A stretch of 57,486 nt of DNA, the filler included, from Sphacelaria rigidula (lineage: Eukaryota), in assembly GCA_964200075.2 (NCBI GenBank). It is 6 parts of 6 records of this genome, joined end to end, with 100 filler letters (N's around TTAATTAATTAA, not from the genome) between each part and the next. Parts side by side here need not be neighbours in the genome. Positions count along the whole stretch, not along the records: positions 38,395 to 47,890 come from CAXNAA020008355.1; positions 47,991 to 57,486 come from CAXNAA020008356.1; 4 more parts are not named here. One strand, written 5' to 3'. Below the pieces are notes generated by a model. The model had not been told where the DNA came from. It searched no databases and saw only the letters and a list, made by a program, of their open reading frames with translations. Below, in pieces: positions 38,395-50,900 of the stretch. The first letter of the stretch is position 1, and each line of letters starts with the position of its first letter. The translations under genes and the position numbers were made by a program.

Positions 38395-39654
38395 GTTGTA
38401 AATGTTATGATTTTTAATGTTTCCATCCCCCCCCCCCGGTATCGATCGGAGGCACTTGCGGACGGTACTTCCCTCGGGTTTCTGTCAGTTGTTCCCACAC
38501 TCCGGTAGAAAATTGGGTCTCCGTCATCGAATATAACTGTGTGGTTTCATTGACATTTGTCACCCGTTGACACATTGACTCTCAAGAGCCGATCTTGGCT
38601 CACGGTGCAAATCTCGCACCACTCGATCCATTCACGTGTAGGCAAGATGGTTATATGAGCTCTCCTACGTTTTTCAAGCACCTATCGTCTACGGCATGCG
38701 AAACTCGATAGGGCGTCTTGTGACGACGGGCGAGAGAATATTCACTGAACCTTCGCAGATCCTAAATTTCGTACGATCTTTTCTCGGTCATCTTTCTACC
38801 GATCTTTGTTTGGAGTAAGAATCTCGCGTCACCTGATGTAGCACTGCACAAAAGATAATTTCAAGAGCTCCTCCATGTCTTTTGAGTATACTTTCCTGCC
38901 GCGTGCAAAAATCGATGTTGCGTCTTCAGACAAGTGGCTGTGGAACGCCGACCCTGCCGCAGATCGTAAGTTGAACACGATCCTGTTTCGATCATCTTGG
39001 ACTAGTAGATTGCTCTGTGCCCAGGGCGCTTCCAATTTCAATCTATTTCGGTGTTTGTGACATTGCGGTCTTGGAGTGCGGTGGTGAAACCAGAGTGGTC
39101 TCGGCTGGGCCCTTGTTCGAAGTGGCTAGAAAACGAAGGTTGGCGCACGCACCCGGGGTGTGGTGATGTAACGTTGCTCGAAAGAGTTCAGTTGTTCTGA
39201 AGCATCAATCGTCTTTGTGTTATCGCCGTCACCCTACATTCGCAAGGGCCCGAAGCAAGCCGGCGCTGAGACACGAGCCGTTCCCCGGCAAATTCCCACT
39301 AGGTCGTCCCGCACCAGTCCCAGCCACTACCATGCCTGTTTTCAAGTACACGTACAGGACTTCCCGGTATGCCGTAGACTATAAATTGCAAACTGCTATT
39401 TCTCGAGCAGACAGGAAACAGCGTCAAGCAGCTGCACGCTGGGCCGAGGGGCCCCACATCGGGAAATGACGGCACCCCCACCCCAGGTCGCCCAAACCTC
39501 ATTTTGGGGCCGAAGAAGGAGGGGGGGGATCCAGGGTATCTTATTTGAGGGGGGGGTACCCGCTGATCGATGGATGATGGCGTAAGTAGTTGCTGTGCGT
39601 GCGCGCATCGGTCTTAGGACACACACTATGTACATGAAATGTGCTGCTTGCTGC

Positions 39655-41175
39655 AGTGTAAAACACTGCGTACCAATCCCAGCGTGACGCCTTCGGCGGT
39701 ACTGCCTGCTCATTGCACAGCGGCAGGGTGCAGGCTGACAAAGCACACCGCAGGATGTTACATCCTTAGCCTATCCCTGTCCTGCATTGATTTCGCGCTG
39801 TTCTATGCAGTTCGCCACATCATGAACGCAGCCCCTTGTACCTGCGGCCAACGTGTACGCGGGATATCACCCCTCGCTACGCGCTATATCGCTACGTCAC
39901 ATTTTGTGAAGCTGGTCGTGTGGGGGCTACAGCGTACGTTTGCCCCAGGTGGTGCACGCACGAGTGAAGGGTCGCCTCCGCCGCTGTATGGCTGCCTGTA
40001 TCTTGGACAAAGCTATATGGTAACGCAGCCGCTATGGTGTGAAAGCCGCCTGTAGCATTCCTGTTACGGCGGATATAGGCTGCACATGTAATAGGTGTTT
40101 CGAAGCACGCGTTGCATGTGCAATAACTGATATTCCATTCGCATAGTAGTGTTTTGTTCCAGTTTTGATGTGTTGCGCACCCGGTCTGTCACAACTTCCA
40201 GCTGCCTAGCAACTGTCGTTTAGCTACCTAGCAACGCCTAATAACAAGAGCTATCAGTCACACGGAGACATCTCGCTTGCAAGCAAGTCACGAGCACTTC
40301 TCTGCACGTGAAAGTGACTCTATCCTTTTTCTTATGATGCAGTGCTGGTCTGGACTCAACGGTCTAGAAGCCACGAGTTGGAGTGTTTCTCCACTACACG
40401 GCAACTGTCACCTCCGTCGGCTGATTGCACATCGCAACCCTCGACTGTACATGTCCCTCGAGAGTGTTGCCCGTTTCACCTCGCGGCCAGACGACGACAT
40501 TCCACATGTGGAGATTTTTACACATCTTTCGTCTCGAAGTGTAGCGTTACAGTTACCGAGTTGAAGTACCAGTATTGTATTGCACGAACTACAGTCAGCA
40601 CCATAATCTATGCTGTGCAAAACGCTTCGACCTAACGGTCGACGAGGGAGAGGGAATGCTGAACCCCTCTCACGATGAAAAATAAAGGCAAGCACCGCAA
40701 AAGGAAGGTCGATAACTAAACCAAACAATGAAGAACAAAGCCCTGTGTTGGCCTTCTTCCTGTGTGACCCCGGCTGGTACGCCGACATATAGCGAAAGGT
40801 GGAGACCGGCGTCCAGAGTAAGTGGGGCGACAACAGACACAATACACTGTGCGCAGTACACTCTAACATCCTGTTTGTACTGACTGTAGAAAACGTTGTC
40901 CAGGGGCTTGTACATTTCCAAATATAATGCATGGTCTGGTATATTTCCACATGTGCGTAATATGTCTCAGTGAGATGATGAAAAAATCCGCAACATCTGG
41001 GCGAACTACAGGTGAGGCAATCGCCGAAATATTCACCTGCAAACTCTGGCCCAGTGCACTGTCAAGTGATATCGCTAGAGGGACACTACCATAACCACCT
41101 TGCCGGCAACCTGGCTGTCAGGACGTAGGTTTCGCTAGCAACGCTACTATCTCGACGGGGACGTTGCCCCTTTGT
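39655..41175 (-). repeat. Inverted, interrupted copy of the composite repeat (includes a SINE 3' half at about 40620-40850)
   Basis: 39655-40030 is the reverse complement of about 45715-46085. 40770-41175 is the reverse complement of about 45290-45715. Confidence 0.8.
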
Positions 41176-42472
41176 CGGGTACGTGGAAAAGGGTCCGTGG
41201 TAGCCCGCAGTGGTCGCGTCAAGCAGCTGCACGCTGGGCGTTCTCACTCAAGACTTCGATCTGGACGATGATACCACGTAGGGAGCAGAAACAAACAGTG
41301 GATACTGAAAAAATGGGGGCGGTCTCGAAAATGAGGTTCAAGTGGCATATCTTTTTTGTAGGGATGACGCGAAACAGTTACACAGAGCGAAACCATCTCT
41401 CCCCTCCAAAACCTCTGCAGCAGTGAAGCAGTTGTGGCTAAAGGCACCGAACGAATGCGCTGTACACGCGTGTCGATGGCGATATCACCAGAGAGAGAAG
41501 CAACGACAGAGAGAAAGCTCCTCGCCCGTGCCCTTAGTGTGTCCTCGCTCGGCGATTACCAATCGCTCGAGAGACTGGCATCATGCATGTTCCTAGCACG
41601 TCCCGAATTTGTGCCGGTAGGCATGTTTCCAATTTTCAAAGTGGTTGTTGTCTCAGGCTATTCCAGATCCGGTATTGGATTTCTGTGACAGAAAAACGAG
41701 TAGAACATTTCGAGAACGTTTAAAAAAACAAACAGAACTTTTCAAGAACCGCTCAAAAGATGACCCCATTAACTGGAGTACAGGGTGGTACACTCAGCAC
41801 AAGACAACTCTGCAGTGGTATGTGATGTGCAGAGTAGTACACTGAACACCAGACAACACGGCAGTTCAGCAGTGTGCGGAACCTTTCACAGCAATACACG
41901 TTTCAGAATATGTACGTTTGACCGCTCGCACACCACACACCCCAACCCGTTACATTTTTTCCCGCGTACCCCACTCCCCATGTATACCACTCCCGTCAAC
42001 AAGACGATCAATGGGGCTGATGAAAAATTATTTTTCTCGCGTCCGTACTACACACAGTCGGATCATGTTGCTGCAGAAGCTGCTGTATACACTTATTTGT
42101 TTCGTTGCGCCTTTTACGTGCATACCGTTTTCCTTGAACTGTGCTATCATTTTTGAAATAGACGTTCAGAGTCGTGCGAACGGGGTTTGTACATGCGTTC
42201 GAGGTGTTCATCATCGAGAGACTCTCGAAGTAGATAGATGGTAGAAAGATGAAGGCCGAACATTTATTTCAGGTGCATTTGAAAAAGTATGTGCTGACCC
42301 TTTTGGGACGGGACCTCGAAGATGATCAATGGGGCTGGTTGAAAAGGATTTGTCTCGCGTCCGTACTACACAGTCGGATCATGTTGCTCGAAACGCTGCT
42401 GTATACACTCATTTTGCTGTCTTGCGTCGGGGAGTAGGGTCTCCGGGCGAGTGAACACATCTCCGGTCGTGA

Positions 42473-43690
42473 AGTGATGCCACCATAACGACCAGTGGTG
42501 AGTCTCATCAACAAGAAATTATGCTTAGATCGAGGCACAGATCTGCGCGCAGGTAAACATTGAGGCGGTTCTGGAAGCAGCGTTAGCCCAGAAATTCTGT
42601 AGGGCTGCGGACAAGACCAACGAGGTAGCACAGCGCCGATACATCGAGCCACGAAAACCGACGCATAGACGCCCACATCCCACGCGCATTTTTCAAGCGC
42701 TAGCTCGTCTTCTACACAAGACAGACTTTGTTTGACGAAACGCCGTCCAGTATTTCATTTAAGGCGGTGGCGTGCGTTTCAAATAGCAACCGAAAACGTA
42801 GGGGTTGCTGACTATTTAGGTATACTGTACAACAACTCTAGCACTCTCTCATGTTTTTACCTTTTACGCCGTAGCCTGAGATGACGCCAAAGAAGGGGAG
42901 GCCGTCCGAACAGAACCCATTTGTATCACCCAACAAATGGGGTGCCATAGCATGCACGAGGACAGGCTAGGAAGGTTTCAAGCCTTGAAGCAACAGAGGG
43001 CTGCGAGACTATCAGCTAGCCTCGCCCAAGCTCAAGCCCAACGCACGGTGGAAACAAAGACAAGGGTCGTATCAAAAGTGCCCCCATCAGTTTTAAAAAG
43101 TCACTCGCAGAGAAGTGATGCCACCACAACGACCAGTGATGAGTTTTCATCGACAAGCAGTTATGTTGAGATCGAAGCCCAGATCTGCGCACAAGTATAA
43201 AATTCGGCAGTCGGACGTAAACGTTAGTCAAATGTCACGGTAGTGCAGCGGACAAGACGCAACGACATAGCATGGAGCCGACACAACGAGCCCGGAACCG
43301 ACGTATAGACGCCCACCACTCAAGCACATTGTTCAAGCTGAGCTCATCTACACAACACATACTTTGTTTGACGGACAACCGTCCAGTATTGCATGACAGG
43401 CGGGCGAGGCGGTCGCGTGCATGTCAAATAGGAACCGTAAATGTGGGGTTGCTGACTGTTTCGAGGTGTATAACAGCTCTAGCACTCTCTCTCTCCTGTT
43501 TTTAAGCCTGATGCCGGAGGCCGAGATGCAACCAAAAAAGGGGCGATCGCCCGAACCGAACCCATCTCTGTCACCCAACAAATGGGGTGCCATGGCATGC
43601 ACGAGGACAGGCTAGGAAGGTTTCAAGCCTTGGAGCAACAGCGGGCTGCGAGACTATCAGCAAGCCTCGCCCAAGCTTAAGCCCAACGTG
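42473..43690 (+). repeat. Tandem duplication, ~640-bp period
   Basis: AGTGATGCCACCA at about 42473 and 43114. CACGAGGACAGGCTAGGAAGGTTTCAAGCCTTG occurs in both units. A partial third copy lies at 43950-44005. Confidence 0.85.
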
Positions 43691-44798
43691 ACCTCAACAT
43701 GAAGGCAAGCGTTGGATCCGACGCGCGTCGTGCTGAACCTCGATCCGCATCAAAATCCAAGCATGAGTCCCGACATGACGCCAATCTGAAGAGGAAAGAG
43801 CGCAACACGGCCGCTCTTGCGGCGGGTCGTGCACCCAAGCTCCGCGACGGGGGGCGACCTGCTGAATTGGCATCAATTTTCTCTTGAAAAAAGAATGCGT
43901 GATCCAGATGGACTACCCGCTTCGCCGTCTGAGGGTTGAAAAGGGTCCTTACAGCTCTAGCACTCTCTCTCCTTCACGCCGGCGGCTCAGATGCCGCCAA
44001 AGAAAGCGAGTCCCATCGTTCTTCATTGAAGGCGTTTGTCTCTTATGTTCCTCTTCCATTACATTCCAATGTTAGAAATGATAGGAAAATTTGAAGCGCG
44101 ATGCGAAGCAGAGCGATCTATCAATACGTCGTTTCAGTTTCGAAATGACCCTCCACGACGCTCGATACGCTTTCTGTAGTAGCTTGCCACTGAGGCCCTT
44201 GGGACCCCTGAGTAAGATATGGACATGAAGCTGTAAGCACACGCCAGTGTTACAAGCAAAGAAAAGTACACAATGAAAAAATGGTGAAGTTAAAGCGACT
44301 GATAACTCCTACTCTCAATCAACGCTCTACTCTCAATCTCACGAAAACGTCGTTTTGTTGAGTTGAGAATACGAGTATGCATGTGCGTGTCTATGTAGCA
44401 GGGTACTTGTACTGAGTTTTGATTCAATGCGTTTTGACACGCTAGAGGTGCATAAAATAATATCTCAGGTTCGAATTGCTGGGAGTAGCCCTCTATCTCA
44501 TCCAAAACACGACCTGTGAAATGTGTGAGAGCACGCCAAGACCAATGAAAAGCCCCATCCTCAATTTCGATGGTCGGCTGTTTACTGACTCTACCCCTTA
44601 CCCCGTAAATGGGGGGTGTTCCGGTGTTTGAAGCCACTTTTTGCGCGAAGGAGTCAGCCAGTCACTTTGAAACCTTAGAAACGCCGTTATAAGCAGAGCA
44701 TATCCATTTTGATGCTCTTGTATGGCGTCAACGTGAGGCAGCAAGCATTTATACCACTTGACACTCACGTTTTCAGCGCACATCAAATTCCATCACAA

Positions 44799-47105
44799 CA
44801 GAGTGATGCTACGGTAGGGGTGCACAAATATTTTCTGAGGTTAGAATTGTCAAGAGCCTCTTATCTCATGCAAAACATGACTTATGAAAATTCCAATTTC
44901 ACATTGTGAAGTTGGTTTCTGCTGCGGGTAATAATTCGACTAAGAGGTTTTTTGCGACTCCGTTTCTGCGTCGGGATCCTTGCGTCCTGATTCTTGCGAT
45001 ACGTTTTTTGCGTCGGGATTCTTGCGATCGGATCCTTGCGATAGTTTTTTTGCTAGATTTTTCCAGTCTAAAACCCTTAACGATTTCGATTTTTTTTGGC
45101 ATAACTTCATCAAACGGACACCAAACGCATCCCGCTCCAAGGGGGACCTGGACACACAGCAGTTGCCGCTGCCTACCTAGTATCATCCTCCAAATCGAAG
45201 TCTTGAGTGAGAAGCCCAGCGTTTGGTGCCCATGTACAAGGAAGGGTGATCTTCATCTAGTATCATGCTCCAAAGCGTACCTAACAAGGGGGCAACATCC
45301 CCGTACAGACAGTAGCAATGCTAGCGGATCCTACGTCCTGACAGTCTGTGAAAGTCTGGCAGCCGGCAAGGTGGTTATGGTAGTGTCCTATTAGCGATGT
45401 CAACTTACAGTGCTCTGGAGCAGAGTTTGCAGGTGAATATTTTGACGATTGCGCCTCACCTACAGTTCGCCCAGATGTTGTGGATTGTTTCTCGATATCA
45501 CCGAGTAAAATTATTACCCACATGTGCAGGCGGAAACATACCACACTCCCCGTCACATTATAAGTCGAGATGTACCCAACCGTGGACATAAGATTTCTAC
45601 AGTCAGTACGAACACGATGTTGGAAGTGTAATGCGTACAGTGTGTTGTGTGTGTTGTCGTCCCATCTATTCTGGATGCCCGTCTCCACCGTTCGGGATAT
45701 GTGGGCGCACCAGCCGTGGCTGTGTTATCATTTAGCTTCGCCCAAGATACAGGCAGCCATTACCGCGTCGGAGGCGGCCTTTCACTTCTGCGTGCGCCAC
45801 CTGGGGCAAACGCACGCTGTAGCTGCAACACGGACAGCTTTACAAAATATGACGTAGCGATATACTGTAGCGCGTGGCGTGATATCCCGCCTACACGTTT
45901 GCCGCAAATACAAGCGGCGGCGTTCATGATGTTGCAAACTGCATAGGACAACGCGAGTCAACGCAGGGCAGGAATCGGCTAAGGATGTCACGTCCTGCGG
46001 AGTGCTTTGTCACCCTGCACCCTACCGCTGTGCAGTGAGCAGGTAGTACCGCCGAATGCCTCACGATGCGGTTGGTATACAGTAGTGTCAGCTCCACACC
46101 CCTAGGTGTAGGGTGACCTCTGCATTGAATTCAATATAACGCATTGAATTAAATTACACGCGGAGAGCGTTATTTTCGAGCAGTACGCGCACTAGCGTTT
46201 TCCGTGTTGTCGACATCGTGCCAGCGCGCTTGTGCGTGAAGCACTGTACTCCCCTGTGGCAGCCCGTCACGGTAGTGCTCCTCATGTTCCATCACGCTTT
46301 ATTCGAAAACACGCAGAAGAGATGCCAGCGAGTCCATCGTTGTTGCACTTGGGTTGTGGTGAACCAGTTGTTTTTCGATAGAACCCCCGCATGCTGCGTG
46401 TTGTACCAATTAGTATATACCGTACCAGTTCAAAAACGCATATGCATTATATGTACGCCACCGACATGCTCTGGTTATCAAAAACTGTGTACGAGGCACT
46501 GGAAGCGTACTTTTTGTCAGGGAATGCTAGGACGCAACCATACTGCAGTACAGGCAGTATGAAACACGTGATTCGAACGAGACACAAGACGAAACATTTA
46601 CATTATGATAAATACCTGGGCGTTTTGGTACTGAAACGAGGCCACCAGTCCCTCCACTGCCTACCGTACGAAGATAGCAATGGACGACCCAATGATTCGT
46701 CCGGAAATTATTCGATTTCTAGTGTCATTGATTCGTACCGTACGAATCAATCCTTAGGCTTTGTTTTCAACGTTGCAACCCAGGTACGCGTAGCCCAGGC
46801 ACGTGGAGTGGCGCAAACGTTGCGTGAAGACCTGTTTGACCAGCGGTCAATTTTTTCCTCTCTTTCGAGCAATCAGGCCTAGGAAATCGTGGATTTGGTT
46901 ATTCAAATCGGCGATGATTCGTTCGAACCATGGAAGATAGATACCACGTGTAAATTAAAAAATAAGTTACGGGCAGACCTTTTCACTTTAGAGTAGAAGG
47001 GCCAAGCCGAGACCACTCCGGTTTCACCGCCGAAAGTCGAGACGGCAACGTCACGAACATCGAAATAAATTGAAATTGGAAGCGCCCTGGTCACAGGGCA
47101 ATCTA
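44799..47105 (+). repeat. Large dispersed composite repeat (uninterrupted at the TIR target site)
   Basis: Colinear with 21056-24960 minus the 2-kb TIR element. Its left boundary begins with the CAGAGTGATGCTACGGTAGGGG motif shared with 48792. Confidence 0.85.
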
Positions 47106-47890
47106 TATTATATTGCTGCGCACAGCCCCCCGAACAACATCGAGGTGCGGAGGGATGTCGTCTCTTCTTGTCTCTGCGGCTCACCAATGCGAAAATTGGT
47201 TTCTCTTTGCCTCTCGTTTTGGACAGGACGCGCCTCTGTGCGCCGAAAAACATGTCGTTGCAAAACAGGGCAATGTTCCCGTCACCGCTACAACTGTTCT
47301 CTGCCACACACATGCCAGCAAGGACGGTGCGCTGCGGCGGGAATAACGGATCCAATTTGGACTTGGGGGGGGGGGGTCTTATTCGTCGTTGATATCACCC
47401 GACATGACATATGTGACCATCCAGGTTCCCGACCACAAGAGCGTGCCACACGCCAGTTGGGGTGTGTGTGAGAGAGAGATCAAACACTTGTGGAGACCTT
47501 CTTGACATGCGGAGTGAACACAGATACCTATGGTGGTGACCCAACTGTTGCTAGCGTGGTGCAGAGTGGCGCGTCAATGCTGCATTCTGGCGCACACACT
47601 GGCTGCGTAAACACCTCGGTTCAGTAGCTTTCCAGAATTGATTCCGATGTGAGGAGGTCATGCATTACAAGCTGGGGCGAGATACGATCCCACGAGGAAC
47701 AAGAGTACTCTATGATCGACCACTTGTCGTTGCATTTGACACCCGTGCCATCAACCGTCGACCGCAGAGGTCTTGTGGTTTTCAAGCAACGCTGGCGGCA
47801 GTACGGCAGGCAAACCCGATCATAGCTAGCTTTCGTTGCTCTACTGTACTGACTGCCATCTGAACAGAGATCACCCACTGTAACAATATG

Positions 47891-47990
47891 NNNNNNNNNN
47901 NNNNNNNNNNNNNNNNNNNNNNNNNNNNNNNNNNTTAATTAATTAANNNNNNNNNNNNNNNNNNNNNNNNNNNNNNNNNNNNNNNNNNNN
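47891..47990. other. Artificial scaffold linker
   Basis: N44-TTAATTAATTAA-N44. Confidence 0.98.
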
Positions 47991-48045
47991 TCATTTCAAA
48001 ATACGTTCTCATTTTTCTGGCAACCCTGTTATTTGCACAGCCTCT

Positions 48046-48111
48046 GCTGTTCGAAATAAATCCTTTTGGCCTGATCCCAATAATTTGGAATCAGGACTTA
48101 TTTCGAACAGC
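48046..48111. repeat. Short hairpin-forming inverted repeat
   Basis: GCTGTTCGAAATAAATCCT pairs with AGGACTTATTTCGAACAGC (18 of 19 positions). Confidence 0.8.
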
Positions 48112-48791
48112 TGTGAAAATTCCAGATTTCCATAGCACTTGTGCCTCCAAAAACAATTCAGGGTATTTCAATATCGACATACACCTTCGAGGGCCCCGAC
48201 ATTGAAAATCCTCTAGAGGATAACGAATATCCAAGATCCTCTACGGGGGATTTTAAAACGGACGGAACCGAGGATGACGCGTGTGCTTGTGAAAACGAGG
48301 ATTTACCCCAACAGCCCCGGCGCTGCACAATTTCCAAATATCCTGTACCAAGAATAGGATTTCAGGAACATGCAATCTAGAGGATTTCGATGTTCACTCT
48401 CACAACGAGGTGTTGTGTCAAGCAACTATCCATAACCTCACACACTGTGTGCGTGAATATTTCAGACCTTCTCAGGGTGTTGACTCTCACAAGGTTGCTG
48501 TGTCAAGCAACCCTCTACAACCGCGCATATTAACGAAGATCAATTTCAGTCAGTTTGAGGGTCTTGGACCTCCCGAAGGTGTTCACAAGGACGTCCACGG
48601 GGTCTCCACTTTCACAAGGTGTAGAAAATTGTTTACCTGTGCTTCACTCCGCCCTTTACTGATCCAGTCACACCAACGTGATGCTGTAGCCTCGCGATAC
48701 TCTCTCAAATCCAATACAGAGCAAGCGTATCGAAAAACGCAGAGCAGCTGATAACTTCACACTCCTCTGGACAATGAACGCAATAATAGTC

Positions 48792-49056
48792 CAGAGGGAT
48801 GCTACGGTAGGGGTACACAAATATTTTCTGAGGCTAGAATTGTTAGAAGCCGGTTTTCTCATCCAGAACACGACTTATAAAAATATGTCACAAAGTACGC
48901 CAGGATTACCATTCCAATGTGCCATGGATATCCCGAATAAATCTGCAAACGGGGATGCCCTGACTCATATTCTTGTGCATCTAGAATCGTTAGAAGCCCC
49001 TGAACCAGACACAATTTCGCAAACAAAAAGTGCACCCCTACCGTAGTATCGCTCTC
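48792..49056. mobile_element. MITE-like element (~265 bp) with ~27-bp TIRs
   Basis: CAGAGGGATGCTACGGTAGGGGTACAC ... GTGCACCCCTACCGTAGTATCGCTCTC. No clear TSD. Confidence 0.65.
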
Positions 49057-49348
49057 CATTGTTTCGGCAATAGACACGGGAGAAAACCTATCGATAAATA
49101 TTGTCGAACGCAAAAAATAGCCTGGATTCGTTTTTGAGGTTCAACATTTGGGTTAGGTTCAACTGACCATCGACATCTCATTTGTGTTGTCCAAAAGGCT
49201 CGGGATTCGCAACCGGTTTTGACCGCGTGAGCCTAACCCAGACGTTTCTGTGATGATAAATGACCGTGTCTGAATTAAAAGTAGTTGGGGATTTGCGGAT
49301 CCCCAGAAACGACCGACGAGTATGGAAAGATTCTAGTCGAATGTGTGT

Positions 49349-49894
49349 TGTGGTAAGACAGGATTGGATTGTTGACGCAGCTGGTTGAATGTAGATAGAT
49401 TGTACCCGACTAGCCGCGTGTACCTGCTGCTATCACAGTGTTGTTTGGCAAAAGGCACAGCACGACACGGTGATTTTGTATTATCACAAATTGTAAGCGA
49501 GGCAGGAGCTGTCGGGAAAACAGCGAACCATAGCTGCTCCCCACCTCCAGCCACTTGCAACCCACCTGCCAGAGAAACAGCTACCGTAGAACTAGTCACA
49601 AGAAGGACCATCAGCGTTTCATCCGCTCTACGCAACGTCTCATCTTCTGCCGGCACGCCGTGACGAGCTTTAATACGAGTGCGCCACGAGTAATATAACC
49701 CCTTTTGTGTCAATTGATGTTTCCTTTTCCGAAAGAGCTCGGTGCTTACTTTCATTAACAGCTGTCTGCTGTCGACGAGTGCCTTGTGTAAGAGAGACCC
49801 TACTGTTTGAGTTAACGAGTCGAAACCAGGACCAGTGCGTCATATACTCACCCATCTTGGGTTGTGGCTTGCTCTGCTAACGAATACTTCCACA
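49349..49894 (+). mobile_element. Putative 5' LTR of the gypsy element
   Basis: TGTGGTAAG...CTTCCACA inverted termini, internal TAATATAA, and a TGG-starting PBS-like tract at 49899. The second LTR is outside the window, so this is unconfirmed. Confidence 0.45.
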
Positions 49895-50900
49895 TTCATG
49901 GGGCTTCAGAGGTAGCTTGTGACCTCAAGCTGCTCTGTTTCTCTTTCGGTCGGCTGCTGCTGTACGCGCGTCAGTCCACCACAAGCCTTCGTTGGTTTTT
50001 GTTTTTCAAGCCCTGTATTTTCGGTCTGTGATTTTCACTTGATTTTGTGTACACCGTTCACCGGGTGCTTTGCTGTTTTTTTTTACGACCAGCTGTCCAC
50101 GTGCTATTTCCAGTTGTCTCTGACCACAGGCCACAGATGTCGCGCAATATACCCAGTTCCGTCTCAGACATTGACGAGCGCACGCTCAGGCGCTTGAGGC
50201 GCGCCCGCGTTCGTGAGCGATACCTCGCTACACAACAAACTTCTCCCCACCCACAGGTCATATTGACGCGACACGTGAATACCCCGGGACGGATGGACTC
50301 CCTTTCGTACCGTTAAACACTGTTCGAAAAAGCAACAGCGTCACCACCCACATACAATCTATATACCCACCCCACATTTCTTCCGCACACGGGCCGTTGT
50401 TGTCCATACCGCTCGAGGTTTCATTGCAGTACGCTTGTTCTAAATACTACACTTTATTCTCCCCTTCGCCACAACACCCTTCCGCATTTCTTCTCTGCCC
50501 GGGAAACACCGAGCCAACCGATGTGTGCCCCACTACCGGTCTCTGTTGGTAGACAGAGCGAGTGCGGGCTGTCTCAAATTCCACCCGCTGTACAGGCAAT
50601 GAATTGTTTCTTTCCAACACGGAATATTCCAACGAACTGTCCGATACTTTCATCGATGCTTGATCGATGGAGCAAAATTGCCCGTACAAAGAAAGTTTGT
50701 CTCTAGACACGCCCGCTTGTACCAACACCGCAACAGGTACCTCACAATCGGGGCGGAGCTTTTTTATCCCTCCGATACCGACGAACCCACAAACTAGCCA
50801 TAACACTCGGTCAACATTCCCGCATCAATGTACGACGCCCCGATCATTGATCAATCTCTTGATTTCCACGTTGCCCATACCACGTACCTGCATACATACC

